A stretch of 64,000 nucleotides of DNA from NCBI GenBank assembly GCA_918797485.1, contig CAKKNE010000003.1, positions 4,030,001 through 4,094,000 on the forward strand. Direction: 5' to 3'. The stretch's first letter is position 1, and every line of letters starts with the position of its first letter. The notes below the pieces were generated by a model. It was given only the letters and a program-made list of their open reading frames with translations, was not told the origin of the DNA and did no database searches. A program made the translations under genes and the position numbers. Positions 45,777 to 56,249 of this stretch are shown here, piece after piece. The stretch is from Pelagomonas calceolata (lineage: Eukaryota).

Positions 45777-46571
45777 ATGCGCACAACAATAGCCCTCCTC
45801 GCCGCCGCCGCGGCCAGCGCCAAAAACGTGCGGTTCTGCTGCAAGACCGAGTTCCCCGAGACCGCGCTCGGCGATCCGTTCTGCGGCCGCCAAGATTTAG
45901 TCTTCGTGGGCCACCGGCAGGAGGCTAGAGAGTGGAGCAGAGACACGGTGCTCGAGTTTCTGAACGGCGTCGCCACGAATTTATTGTTCTTGCTGCCGCT
46001 GAGGATGCTCCACGCGCGGCGACGGACGGCGGACACGGCAGCCTGTCTGGGACTCATCATAACCTCGTCGGCCTACCACTACTGCGACGTCTTTCGGATC
46101 AAACTACTGGGCATGAATGCGGGAAACTGGCACCGCCTCGACAACATCTTCGCCATCGTCACGCCGGTGGCGGTGGTGCCTCTACTCATGGGCAGGGCGC
46201 GCACGCCGCAGCACCAGCGGGACATCGACTTTGTCAGGTGGTCGTCGCTCTTCATCGGGCTGTTCTTCCAGGAGCTGAACCCCTGGAATGTTTTGTGCAC
46301 GATCACGCCGGTCATCCTCGCGTTCCTCTACTACCTCTGGTGGTGGAACAAGCGCGCGCCGAAGGGCCACGCGGCGCGGTTCCGGACGCGGCCCTTCCGG
46401 CTGGCTTTGGTAGCTTCGTGTTGCGCCGTGGTCTGCTTCGTCAAGGGATTGGACGAACATAATGACCCGGCGCGGTTCTTCCACGGCTGTTGGCACATCG
46501 CGAATGCCGCCAGCGCGTCGCTGCTGCTCGCGGCGTTGGACCCGGTCGAGGCGACTCGTCTCCGGGAATGA
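45777..46571 (+). CDS. CREST-superfamily 7-TM protein (TMEM8/ceramidase-like)
   Basis: SSAYHYCD, LDN and FHGCWH motifs; multiple TM helices. Confidence 0.7.
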   Translation: MRTTIALLAAAAASAKNVRFCCKTEFPETALGDPFCGRQDLVFVGHRQEAREWSRDTVLEFLNGVATNLLFLLPLRMLHARRRTADTAACLGLIITSSAYHYCDVFRIKLLGMNAGNWHRLDNIFAIVTPVAVVPLLMGRARTPQHQRDIDFVRWSSLFIGLFFQELNPWNVLCTITPVILAFLYYLWWWNKRAPKGHAARFRTRPFRLALVASCCAVVCFVKGLDEHNDPARFFHGCWHIANAASASLLLAALDPVEATRLRE

Positions 46572-47081
46572 CTCGTGAGTCGTTTTTGGCGAGACGGCGG
46601 CGTCTTCGCGGAGCTACTGGTCAGGTCCTGCGAACGGCGCCGAAGAGCGGTCGGTCCCGGGCGCCTGGAGCCGCCGCGCGGAGCCGTGTAGGTGCCGCGG
46701 CGGGGGAGCAGTCCACGTCGTGGCGTCGAGCAGCGCTCGGACGGCGTCGGGCGCCGTGAACCGCCCACCCCTACGCCATCGACGCGACGCGTGCGACGTG
46801 GCACCGCGCCTGAGTGGTTGCCAACAGCATCGTGCCGCCGGCGCGGCGACAGGTCTGAGTCAGGTCTCACAGGTCGCAGACGTCCTTGGGGAGTAGTAAC
46901 CGATAAGCTATGTGATTGTAGTCTACCATAAGGCCCCATAAGGCGAGGTGAAGGGGAGGGCACATGTACCTGGGTACAATTACAACCCCCCCCCCATATA
47001 AGTATAGTACCTCTTGAATCTGCTTTTGCGCAGCACGTGTTTCTCTGCCCGGGACCGCGAGGACAGAAGGACCCTAGAGAG

Positions 47082-50000
47082 ATGCTGAGCTTCGCCGTGG
47101 TCGCCGGCGCCCTGCTGCAGGGCTTGGGCAGCGCCGCGCCGCCGCGGGCGCCCGCGCGGGGCGGTATCAAACTGAGCAGCTGCCCCCAGGGCGGCTCGAG
47201 CCACGCCAGCCCGGCGCACGACGACAGCGAGGCGGGGATCGAGACATTTGCTGGAGACTATGAAATCACCACGTCCTACGGAAACGGCAGCACGTGCGGC
47301 GCGCAAGCCGGCGAGAACGGCCTCGACGGCGCTTTCCCCAGGAGGGCCCTAGCGAGCGCCGACGCTGCGACGAAGTCGTGGCTCCAGCTCTACAAAAGCT
47401 CCGGGGCGGGCGACGCGTTCGACTCCGAGACTATAAAAGGCGCGGCGACGGCCGAGCTCGTAGCGAACAAGTACCAGGCGGGCGGGGCGCACGCGCTCCA
47501 CGCCATCGAGCAGACCGTCGACAGCGACGTGCAATACAAGAACTACCGGTCGGACGGCACCATATTGATGTTGACGGCCCCGACCAAGGGCGGCGTCGAC
47601 GTCTTGGACGTCGCGTCCGCCGAGCTGGCGCCTACGCCCGGCACCACGATGCAGTTCGTGGCCCCGGACGCGACCAAGGGCGGCGTCGACGGAGAAGCAG
47701 CGGCCCAGAGTTATCTTGGGCGGGTCTCCTGGTGCCTCTTCCAGGTACTCGCTTCGGTGGTTCCGCGGCGCAGTAGCTCGGCGAAGGGCGCGGCCTGGCG
47801 CTCGTCCGTCGTCGGCTACCTGGTTATTTGGGGGGACGCCACCCGCGTGGCGGCGGAGACTTCGGTCCGCGGCCGCAGCGGCCGCAGCGACGACAACACC
47901 AAGTCCAAAACCAAGACGAGGACCGATAACCCTCCGCGCGCGTCGGCGGGAGGCCTCGCGCAGCGGCGCGCGCTCACGGGCTATGTGATGGACGACGATA
48001 GCATTAGAACGGCGGTGGCGGCTTGGTTTGCCGACCAGTCCGCCGCCGAGGCGACGTACGGCCACATCTCGACGTGGGAGACATCGGGGGTGACGGACAT
48101 GTCGGGATTGTTCAGCTACTCGTCCTTCAACGAGGACATTGGCGCGTGGGACACCTCTGGCGTCACAACGATGGCCGGGATGTTCTGGTACGCGTCGGCC
48201 TTCGACCAGGACATCGGCGCGTGGGATACCTCTGGCGTCACGTCGATGAACTCCATGTTATACGGAGCCTCGTCGTTTAACCAGGACATCGGCGCGTGGG
48301 ACACCTCTGGCGTCACTAACATGGCTGAGATGTTCCGCGGGGCCTCGGCCTTCGACCAGGACCTCGGCTGGTGCGTGGACGAGGACGTGAGCCTGGAAGA
48401 CGCGTTCTCCGAGACCAAGTGCGAGTCGACGTCGTGCAGCGTCGTGCAAATGGACAACTGCCCGATCACGGGCTATGTGATGGACGACGATAGCATTAGA
48501 ACGGCGGTGGCGGCTTGGTTTGCCGACCAGAGCGCCGCCGAGGCGACGTACGGCCACATCTCGACGTGGGAGACTTCAGGGGTGACGGACATGTCGGAAT
48601 TGTTCAAAGACGCATCGTCCTTCAACGAGGACATCGGCGCGTGGGACACCTCCGGCGTCAAGAACATGTTCGGGATGTTCATCGGTGCCCCGACCTTTAA
48701 CCGAGACATCGGTGGTTGGGCGGTTGACAACGTCGAGAGCATGGGCATTATGTTCTGCTACGCCTCGGCCTTCGACCAGGATCTCAGTGGTTGGGCGGTC
48801 CACAGCGTCACGGACATGTACTACATGTTCTTTCAATCAGCCTTGAACCAGGACCTCGGCTGGTGCGTGGGCGACGCCGTGGGCCTGGAAGGCGCGTTCT
48901 ACGACACCCCGTGCCAGTCGACGGCGTGCGGCATCGTGGGGGGAGTCGACTGCGATGTCATGGGCGATGGCAACGTCATGGTCAACTGGAAAATTAGATG
49001 GGCCGTCGCGGCGTGGCTCTCGGATGCGGCGGTCGCCGAGGCGACGTACGGCCATATTTCTACGTGGCAGACCGGGGAGGTGACGGACATGTCGTATTTG
49101 TTTTGCGCAGACACAGACTTGAGCGATTGGAGGTGCAATGCGGGCGCGGCGTCTTTTAACGAGGACATCAGCGCGTGGGATGTGTCTGGCGCCACGGGCA
49201 TGGAGTGGATGTTCTCTGGCGCCACGAGCATGGAGTGGATGTTCTACGGCGCCTCGGCCTTCGACCAGGACCTCGGCTGGTGCGTGGGCGACGGCGTGAG
49301 CCTGGACGGCGCGTTCGACGAGACCCCGTGCGAGGCGACGTCGTGCGGCGTCGTGCAAATGGACAACTGCCCGATCACGGGCTACGCCATGGACGACAGT
49401 AGCATTAGAACGGCGGTGGCTGCGTGGACCTCGGACGCGGCGACCGCCGAGGCGACGTACGGCCACATCTCGACGTGGGAGACTTCCGGGGTGACGGACA
49501 TGTCGGAGCTGTTTGCGCACGAGTACAATTTGTCCTTTAACGAGGACATCGGCGCGTGGGATACCTCTGGCGTAACGAGAATGTACGGGATGTTCTGGGG
49601 CGCCTCGTCGTTCAATCAGAATATTGGCGGCTGGAGCGTCGAACAAGTCACCAATATGCACTGGATGTTCGGACACGCCTCGTCCTTTAATCAGGACATC
49701 GGCGGCTGGCGCGTCGAGAACGTCAGGGACATGCACTACATGTTCCACTGGGCCTCGTCCTTCAACCAGGACCTCGGCTGGTGCGTCGACAACGATGTAT
49801 ACCTCGACGAGGCGTTCTCCGGCAGCGGGTGCTGCTCAATGTCTTGCGGCGTCGCTCAACAGGACGAAACCGGCGCCTGCCAAATCATCGATTCGTGGGG
49901 CTGCTACTACTACTACTACGACGACGACGACGACGACGACGATGGGGCCACGGAACTCGTCATGTCAACGGGACTCGCGGCGATTGGGATCACGTTTACG

Positions 50001-50267
50001 GGCCTCACCATCGCGGCGATCGCGAATGCGGTCCAGGAACAATGCGCCCTGGGCCCCACGATCGTCTACGAAGCCGGCACGACGCACCCGTACTACATCT
50101 CACCAAATCTATGCACCATCGGGACCAAGACCTTTTCGTCGGACAAGACAGTTCGCGACGCGTCTCCGCGCAAGGTCTGCCGCAAGTTCTGCGAGGCTGC
50201 ATCGGAGAAGGGCAAACTGGCGCTCAAGCACGTGCAGGGCCTGACCTGCTACTGCAAACGGAGGTAG
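47082..50267 (+). CDS. DUF285/BspA-like surface-repeat protein (four repeat modules)
   Basis: Repeats WDTSGVTxMxxMFxxASxFNQDIG; modules begin with ..[13 protein letters not shown] and end with DLGWCV; C-terminal hydrophobic segment. Confidence 0.85.
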   Translation: MLSFAVVAGALLQGLGSAAPPRAPARGGIKLSSCPQGGSSHASPAHDDSEAGIETFAGDYEITTSYGNGSTCGAQAGENGLDGAFPRRALASADAATKSWLQLYKSSGAGDAFDSETIKGAATAELVANKYQAGGAHALHAIEQTVDSDVQYKNYRSDGTILMLTAPTKGGVDVLDVASAELAPTPGTTMQFVAPDATKGGVDGEAAAQSYLGRVSWCLFQVLASVVPRRSSSAKGAAWRSSVVGYLVIWGDATRVAAETSVRGRSGRSDDNTKSKTKTRTDNPPRASAGGLAQRRALTGYVMDDDSIRTAVAAWFADQSAAEATYGHISTWETSGVTDMSGLFSYSSFNEDIGAWDTSGVTTMAGMFWYASAFDQDIGAWDTSGVTSMNSMLYGASSFNQDIGAWDTSGVTNMAEMFRGASAFDQDLGWCVDEDVSLEDAFSETKCESTSCSVVQMDNCPITGYVMDDDSIRTAVAAWFADQSAAEATYGHISTWETSGVTDMSELFKDASSFNEDIGAWDTSGVKNMFGMFIGAPTFNRDIGGWAVDNVESMGIMFCYASAFDQDLSGWAVHSVTDMYYMFFQSALNQDLGWCVGDAVGLEGAFYDTPCQSTACGIVGGVDCDVMGDGNVMVNWKIRWAVAAWLSDAAVAEATYGHISTWQTGEVTDMSYLFCADTDLSDWRCNAGAASFNEDISAWDVSGATGMEWMFSGATSMEWMFYGASAFDQDLGWCVGDGVSLDGAFDETPCEATSCGVVQMDNCPITGYAMDDSSIRTAVAAWTSDAATAEATYGHISTWETSGVTDMSELFAHEYNLSFNEDIGAWDTSGVTRMYGMFWGASSFNQNIGGWSVEQVTNMHWMFGHASSFNQDIGGWRVENVRDMHYMFHWASSFNQDLGWCVDNDVYLDEAFSGSGCCSMSCGVAQQDETGACQIIDSWGCYYYYYDDDDDDDDGATELVMSTGLAAIGITFTGLTIAAIANAVQEQCALGPTIVYEAGTTHPYYISPNLCTIGTKTFSSDKTVRDASPRKVCRKFCEAASEKGKLALKHVQGLTCYCKRR

Positions 50268-50439
50268 AGCCCTTCTGCCACCGCCCCATCGCTGCCCACT
50301 TGTACATACGCTCAAGAGAAAATCAGACGCCCCTCCCCCCTTCCCTTGTACATACTATCCTCCCGCCCCAACAGACTCCCGACGCGTAAGGCATGGTAGA
50401 GTTCTGCTAGGTGGTTAGTCACAAGAATTTAATTTAGGT

Positions 50440-50697
50440 TCACAACGAGTCAGGCAGGCGGACGCGCTTCATCGGCCCCCCGGGCACCGTGGGGTTCGGC
50501 GCGCACCACGCCCGCCGCAGCGCCGGACACGCGTCGGAGGCGGGCGGCCAGCTTCCACCGTTTTTGACCGATCGGATCTCCTCCACCGTCCGCGGACAGA
50601 GCGACAGGTTCTCGACGCCGTCGGCCCGAACTAGTACGTCGTCCTCCAGTCGCACGCCGCCGCTCCCCCGGAACGCCTCGACGCGCTCCAGGTTCAA
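50440..50697 (-). pseudogene. C-terminal fragment of Xaa-Pro dipeptidase (prolidase, M24)
   Basis: FRGSGGVRLEDDVLVRADGVENLSLCPRTVEEI; no upstream peptidase exons before the next gene. Confidence 0.7.
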
Positions 50698-50848
50698 AAA
50701 GCGCCGCCGCCCAGGCCCGCCGACGACCCCAAAATCGCCTCAAAATCGAAAAAGAAACCAGCCACGACCCCGTCTGATGGACACGAGTCGCCTCGACGGC
50801 GTGAAGCCGCCGGACCACCGCGGGGCGCCGAGATACGACGCCCCATCT

Positions 50849-50949
50849 CGGCGCGGTTCTTCCACGGCCTCTGGCACATCGCGAACGCGTGTTCCGCGTC
50901 GTTGTTATTGGTGGCGCTGGACCCGGTCGAGCGGTCGCCGAGTGACTAA
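50849..50949 (+). pseudogene. Diverged copy of the 3' end of the 45777-46571 gene
   Basis: ARFFHGLWHIANACSASLLLVALDPVE vs ARFFHGCWHIANAASASLLLAALDPVE. Confidence 0.8.
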
Positions 50950-50966
50950 GTCTGTGTGTGAATTAA

Positions 50967-52466
50967 TTATAGACAGACGGTCTGCCAATTTTCGTCCTCG
51001 CCCGCGGCGGCGGCGGGCGCTGGCGCTGCTGCTGCGGACGACATCCCGAAGCTTGCGGTCCCCCAGTCGTCGTCCGCGGCGGGCGCCTCCGCGGACACGA
51101 CGCGTGCCGCCGGCGCGGGCGCGCTCATGCCGAACGACGCCGTGCCCCAGTCCTCCTCGGACCCGCCGGCCACGCTCGCTGTGGCCGCGGGAGCCGCCGG
51201 CACTGCGAGTGGGTGCGCAGAGGGCGGCGCCGGAGGCGTCACGGTCGCGGCCGGCGCGGGCGTTTTCATGCCCAACGAAATGGAAAAAGTTGCGTCGTCA
51301 GCGGCCGGCGCCGGCGCTGGAGCCGCAGCCGCCGGAGGCGCGGCCGACATTCCAAATGAAGCGGAGCCCCAGTCGTCGGCAGGCGCCGGCGCCGGCGCGG
51401 CGGCGGCGACCTCCGAGTAGAGCTCGTCGAAGTCGTCGTCCGTGTCGTCTCCCGGCGCCGCGGACGCTTGCGTGACGTAGCCGCGCGCCCAGTCGTGGCG
51501 CAGGTCGCCCGACGTGCCGCCGGCGTCCAAGAATTCCCCAACGGTCCTCGCGGACTTGTACCGCTCGTAGCGGTCCCAGGACGCCGAGCCGCGCTTCTTG
51601 GGGTTCTTCGCCGCCACGCGGAGCGCCGTGTCGCGGTCGGCGAAGGGGTAGCTCTTGGGCGCGATCCGCACCTCGGCCTCCGCCCGTTTCGTACTCCCGA
51701 GTAATGTGGGCGGCCGTCCCGGCGCGTCGTCCATGACCACCTGCTCCAGCGCTCCCGTCATGCCCGTGCGAATCGCCGCGACTCTGGTGGAAGAGGCCGC
51801 CACCACCACCACCTCCTCGCGCGGCTTCGAGAAGTGCGGGCAGTCCTCGGTCCGGTGCAGGCCGTCGCACCGGTCGCACCGTCCCGACGTCTTCTTGGGC
51901 CTTGCCTGCATTTCCGCCGCGGCCTTGGCGACGTACGTCGGCCGCAGTAGCAGGTCGTCGTCGGCGTAGACCAGGGGGCTCTTCTTCGGCGCAGCGGGGC
52001 TCTTCTTTTTCTTGGCGGGCGCGGGTGCCTTCTTTTTCTTCGACGCCGCGCGCCGCGGCCGTTCGTTCTCGGGCGCCTTCTTCCTCGACGCCGCGCGCCG
52101 CGGCGGCCGCTCGTCCTCGGACTCGGAGGACGACGACTCCTCGGGCGGCGGCGCCTTGCGCTTGGGCGGCGCCCGCTTCGGCGCCGGCTTCTTCTTCGCA
52201 GCCGGCTTCGACGAAGGCCGGTCGTAGGGGCCCTCGCCCCGTTCAACGCGCGCCGCGAGCACCCGCACGTGCTCCTTGAAGGCCTTCCTGCCCAAAAACG
52301 ACGTCGAGACGGCGGCCGCGATGCGGTCGATGTCCGCGTCGTCGGCGACCGTCAAATCGCGCACACAATCCAACCATTCGCGCAGCTGCGCCGGCCGCTC
52401 GGCGGGCCACTCGCAGGCCGCGCACCACTCGTTGATGCATTGCCCGGTCTCGAGGCCGTTGCACAT
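50967..52466 (-). CDS. Hypothetical low-complexity protein with CCHC knuckle and repeated DWG(T/S)ASFGMS motifs
   Basis: 499-aa ORF; CDRCDGLHRTEDC; NPKKRGSASWDRYERYK segment. Confidence 0.65.
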   Translation of the reverse strand: MCNGLETGQCINEWCAACEWPAERPAQLREWLDCVRDLTVADDADIDRIAAAVSTSFLGRKAFKEHVRVLAARVERGEGPYDRPSSKPAAKKKPAPKRAPPKRKAPPPEESSSSESEDERPPRRAASRKKAPENERPRRAASKKKKAPAPAKKKKSPAAPKKSPLVYADDDLLLRPTYVAKAAAEMQARPKKTSGRCDRCDGLHRTEDCPHFSKPREEVVVVAASSTRVAAIRTGMTGALEQVVMDDAPGRPPTLLGSTKRAEAEVRIAPKSYPFADRDTALRVAAKNPKKRGSASWDRYERYKSARTVGEFLDAGGTSGDLRHDWARGYVTQASAAPGDDTDDDFDELYSEVAAAAPAPAPADDWGSASFGMSAAPPAAAAPAPAPAADDATFSISLGMKTPAPAATVTPPAPPSAHPLAVPAAPAATASVAGGSEEDWGTASFGMSAPAPAARVVSAEAPAADDDWGTASFGMSSAAAAPAPAAAAGEDENWQTVCL

Positions 52467-53111
52467 GGCTTGCTTCGTGGTAGTATGGACTTTTCGTTCC
52501 GTGCGGCTGCGTGGCGGCGTCGTTGGAGCCGAGGCTTTGTTCTGCGCAGCGCTGCGCCGCTACGGCCACCGTGGTGCTTGCAAGCACAAGTGGTGGTTTC
52601 GGCCAGATGGAGTCCTGCGGCGCCGTAACGCGGGGGCTGCGAAGAGGTGTCGTTCGCAGGACCAATGGCCAAGTAGCAGCGTGTCAGATGCGTTTTTGCG
52701 ACGTTACCGGGCGTAACGCTCGCGTGGCGCTGCTCAGCTAGTGCAGACAGACACTAGCAATTTGAAAAAATTGGACCCATGCGTTTAGGAGACGTACTAC
52801 GTTGATTGGACACGTCCGATGGGTCGGTCGAGCCTTTCCAAATCCCCGCAGAGCCCAACGAGCCCAGCTCTGGGCAGAGACAGCGCTTGCTGCACCTCTT
52901 CCTCCTCCTCCGCCGGGGGCGTGCGAACGGACGCAACGACCGTCGACCGTCCGCCACCGACGCGCATGCGTTGCCAAGCTCCAACGAGTTGGGCAGCCTG
53001 GTGGTGAGGCTATCTCTTATCAAGGGATACACAACTGAGGGGGGCAGGCGCACCACGTCCCTTCTACGGGATCGGAAAACGCTGGGATAACAACATAGAC
53101 GAGCGCAAAGG

Positions 53112-55490
53112 ATGGGAGCCGCCGCCTCAGCCCCGCGCCAGCCCCTCCGCGAACTAAGCGCGGACGGCGTCCGGGACCTCGTTGAGTCTCTGGGCCCGAA
53201 ATTCGCGGACCTCGCGAAGCAGCTGCAGGAGAACGGGTATGATGGTGAGGTTCTGGCGGACGCGTCGGACGAAGATCTCGACGAATTGTTTGGGGAGCTG
53301 GCGGTCTCCAAGCTGCAGCAGAAGGTGCTGCGGAACAAGCTTCGCAAGTCGCTCGACGAGCGCCCGGCCGCTCCGGCCGTGGGCCTCGCCGGCGAGGGGC
53401 TGCTGGGCGTCGCGAAGGACCTGCCCTGGGTCGCGCCCGTCGCCTTCCTCATCGGTGCCGTGGTCAAGGCGGCCCAGGACGCCGCAGCGCTCAAGGAGGA
53501 CGCGGCGCGCTTCGTGCGCGTCGTCCGCGGCGTCGAAAGCGCGCTGCAGCGCGCCGCCGCCGACGGGAAATTGACCGAGAACGCTTCAATCCGGGAAGCG
53601 CTGGAGGAAGCCCTGGCCCACTGCCACATGCTGGCACGGGAAGGCACATGCGTCGCCATGCTGCTTTCTGACAGTGCCACGTTCGAGGCATTGCAGACGA
53701 AGTTGCACTCTGCCTGCGAGGCGTGCTCCGTGGACACGAATCTACTGGTGAGCGAAAGCTACGACCAGGCCGCGCGCCTCGCGAAGGAGGTCGAGGCGCT
53801 CGGCGGCGCGGAGCAAGTCGCGGCCGACCCGAAGCTGCGCGAGCGCATCACGGCGTCGCTCTCGGCGGCGGATCAGGGCATCGAGGTCACGGCCGTCGCG
53901 GCACCAGTCGAGTACGTCGTCGAGGCGTACGACTGCTTCCTGTCGCACAAGCGCTCGGACTGCCAGGACCTCGTCGCGCGCGTGCACGACCGGCTGACGG
54001 ACGCGGGGTACCGCGTCTTCATCGACCGCGAGGACTTAGAGGAACTACCGAAGCTCAAGGCCAGCGTGCGCGCGTCGGGGAAGCTCGTCTTCTTCATGTC
54101 GCCGAAGATCTTCGAGTCGGACTGGTGTATGCTCGAACTGTGCACGGCGGTCGACAGCGGCGTCGACGTCCTGCCGGTCACCGTCGAGGGCACCACCTGG
54201 GGCGGTGGCGAGCGCGTGTTTCCCGACGCCCAGGTCGACGTGCCGGAGAGCGTCGAGATCCAGGGCCAGACGTACTATCCGCGCGCTGCCGCTGCCAAGG
54301 CGTTCGCCCATGCGATTGGCCTCGAACACTCGCGCAGCTACTTCGACGCCTTCATCGAGAAGCTCTCGAAGCGCCTGCCCGCGAAGAGCGCCGAGGACCT
54401 CGAGGCCAAGTTCAGGGCCCAGGACGAGCGCGCGGCGCGCTACGACGCCATGGAACAGCAGCTAAAAGCGTTGACGACGATGATGCAGGCCGTCGCGCAG
54501 ATCCGCGGCGACCCCAACGAGCAAGGTGGCTTCGACGCGGACAAGGCCGTCGTGGCACAGCTCGCGACGCCAGTGATCTACAACGAGCTCACGAAAAAGA
54601 TGCCCGTCCCGCACACGGAACCGGCGCGCCTGCTCGCGCTCGACGAGGCGGGGCTCACGGGCGAGGCGCTGGAGGCGCGCATCGCCAACAACGAGGAGCT
54701 CAAAGGCGTCGTCGCGGAGGCCATGGCGTCGTCGGGTGATGACGTGGCGTGGATTGGCGCCATCCAGGGTGACAAGCAGACGGTCATCCGCGGCGAATTC
54801 CGCGACCCAGCGCCCGACGCCATCGTGGACGGCTTCACGGGACCGCGCGAGATGACGCAGTGCCAGCACGTCATCGCGAGCGGAGCGGCGCGCGATGTCA
54901 AGTGCGCGACGTCGTTTGAGGCCGGTGGCGACGTCCTGAGCATGAATGCGCCCGAGTTCACGGCGATCGGCAAGGCGGGGCACGCCTTCGGCCTCATCCA
55001 GGCGCTCGGCGAGCGCGCCATGGACGAGAGCGTGCCCGACGCCGAATTGTTACATGGCGAAGAATTGCCGACGACGGTCGGCGGCATCCGCAAGATGATG
55101 GGCATCATGATGGACGAGGAGACGCGGTATCGCGGCGTCCCGGTGAAAGTCTGCGGCGAGAACGTGTGCACTCTGTGTACCATGGGGAAGGGGGAAGGTG
55201 ACGTGAAACAGCTGGAAGCGCTCGCTGTCCGAGCGGGCGAGATCCTCGAGAAGCAGATGCCCAAGGCGACGCCGGTGACGGCGCAGGAACCGGATGCCCC
55301 GGCGACCGACGACGTCGGCGCCTGGTTGAAAGCAAGGCGCCTCGGAAAATTCGCGGAAGGTCTGCTGGGCATGGGCGTCGAGTGCGTCGAGGACCTGCAC
55401 GACGTCGAGCCCGAGGACTGCATCGCGCTCGGGATGAGCCACATCCAGCAGAACCGGCTCCGGAAGGAGCTCGCCAAGCTAGAGACCTAA
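53112..55490 (+). CDS. Myristoylation motif + SAM + helical bundle + TIR + GAF-like + SAM protein
   Basis: MGAAAS; ELSADGVRDLV..ENGYDGEVL; YDCFLSHKRSD..VFID..SDWCMLEL; DVGAWLKARRLGKFAEGL..LGMSHIQ. Confidence 0.85.
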   Translation: MGAAASAPRQPLRELSADGVRDLVESLGPKFADLAKQLQENGYDGEVLADASDEDLDELFGELAVSKLQQKVLRNKLRKSLDERPAAPAVGLAGEGLLGVAKDLPWVAPVAFLIGAVVKAAQDAAALKEDAARFVRVVRGVESALQRAAADGKLTENASIREALEEALAHCHMLAREGTCVAMLLSDSATFEALQTKLHSACEACSVDTNLLVSESYDQAARLAKEVEALGGAEQVAADPKLRERITASLSAADQGIEVTAVAAPVEYVVEAYDCFLSHKRSDCQDLVARVHDRLTDAGYRVFIDREDLEELPKLKASVRASGKLVFFMSPKIFESDWCMLELCTAVDSGVDVLPVTVEGTTWGGGERVFPDAQVDVPESVEIQGQTYYPRAAAAKAFAHAIGLEHSRSYFDAFIEKLSKRLPAKSAEDLEAKFRAQDERAARYDAMEQQLKALTTMMQAVAQIRGDPNEQGGFDADKAVVAQLATPVIYNELTKKMPVPHTEPARLLALDEAGLTGEALEARIANNEELKGVVAEAMASSGDDVAWIGAIQGDKQTVIRGEFRDPAPDAIVDGFTGPREMTQCQHVIASGAARDVKCATSFEAGGDVLSMNAPEFTAIGKAGHAFGLIQALGERAMDESVPDAELLHGEELPTTVGGIRKMMGIMMDEETRYRGVPVKVCGENVCTLCTMGKGEGDVKQLEALAVRAGEILEKQMPKATPVTAQEPDAPATDDVGAWLKARRLGKFAEGLLGMGVECVEDLHDVEPEDCIALGMSHIQQNRLRKELAKLET

Positions 55491-55502
55491 TAATTCAAAA
55501 CA

Positions 55503-55979
55503 CTAGTCGTTCTTAGGCGCACTCGCCCCGACGACTTCCACCACAGCCTCCTCGAGGTCGACGAGTAGCTCGGCCGACGACGACAGGTGCAGGTCTCCGC
55601 CGCGCCGCCGCCGCCGTCGTCGCCGGTAGTAGCAGAGGAGACCGATGAGCGCCGCCGCCGCGGCGCCGGCGACGTAGTACGCGCGGCGATGGTCGTCGCG
55701 CGGCGCCAGACTCGGCGGCGGCGTCCGTACGGGCCGCTGCATCAGTGCCTCGGCGGCGGCGTCGGCCTCGGCCTCCCAGCCCTCGTGATACAATTTCTTC
55801 TTCTTCGCCTCGGCGTCTCGCTCGGCCGCGCGCGCGCGCGCGGCCGTGCCGAAGCGGCCCGTGTCCTCCTTGCGGTGCCAGCCCTCGTGCGTCCGCCACT
55901 CGGGCCGCTCGCCGCGCGCGTGATTTGCATCTTCTTTGAGCACTTCCTGCGCGATCGCTTCTCCGTCGTCGTCCGGCAT
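55503..55979 (-). CDS. Hypothetical single-TM protein
   Basis: 158-aa ORF with TM helix followed by poly-Arg. Confidence 0.5.
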   Translation of the reverse strand: MPDDDGEAIAQEVLKEDANHARGERPEWRTHEGWHRKEDTGRFGTAARARAAERDAEAKKKKLYHEGWEAEADAAAEALMQRPVRTPPPSLAPRDDHRRAYYVAGAAAAALIGLLCYYRRRRRRRRGGDLHLSSSAELLVDLEEAVVEVVGASAPKND

Positions 55980-56249
55980 CCTCTCTGAGCAGCCTCTGGC
56001 AGCTTTTGAGAGAGCAGTTACAACCGCGTCCTTGATTGATGCAAGAAATGGCTTGCAGCCTTTGTTAATGATGTTGCGGAGCTGACCCTTCTACTGGGGT
56101 GTCGATTCGCACGCGGGCTGCAGCTCCGGCGCATATGTTGCGCAGAGCAAAACCTAGCCCTGACGTACTAGCGCTCAGCCGTCTCGTGATCCGACTGATT
56201 TCGCGTCCCCCTTTACGCCATCGACGTGAGCAAACACGAACCTTACGCC

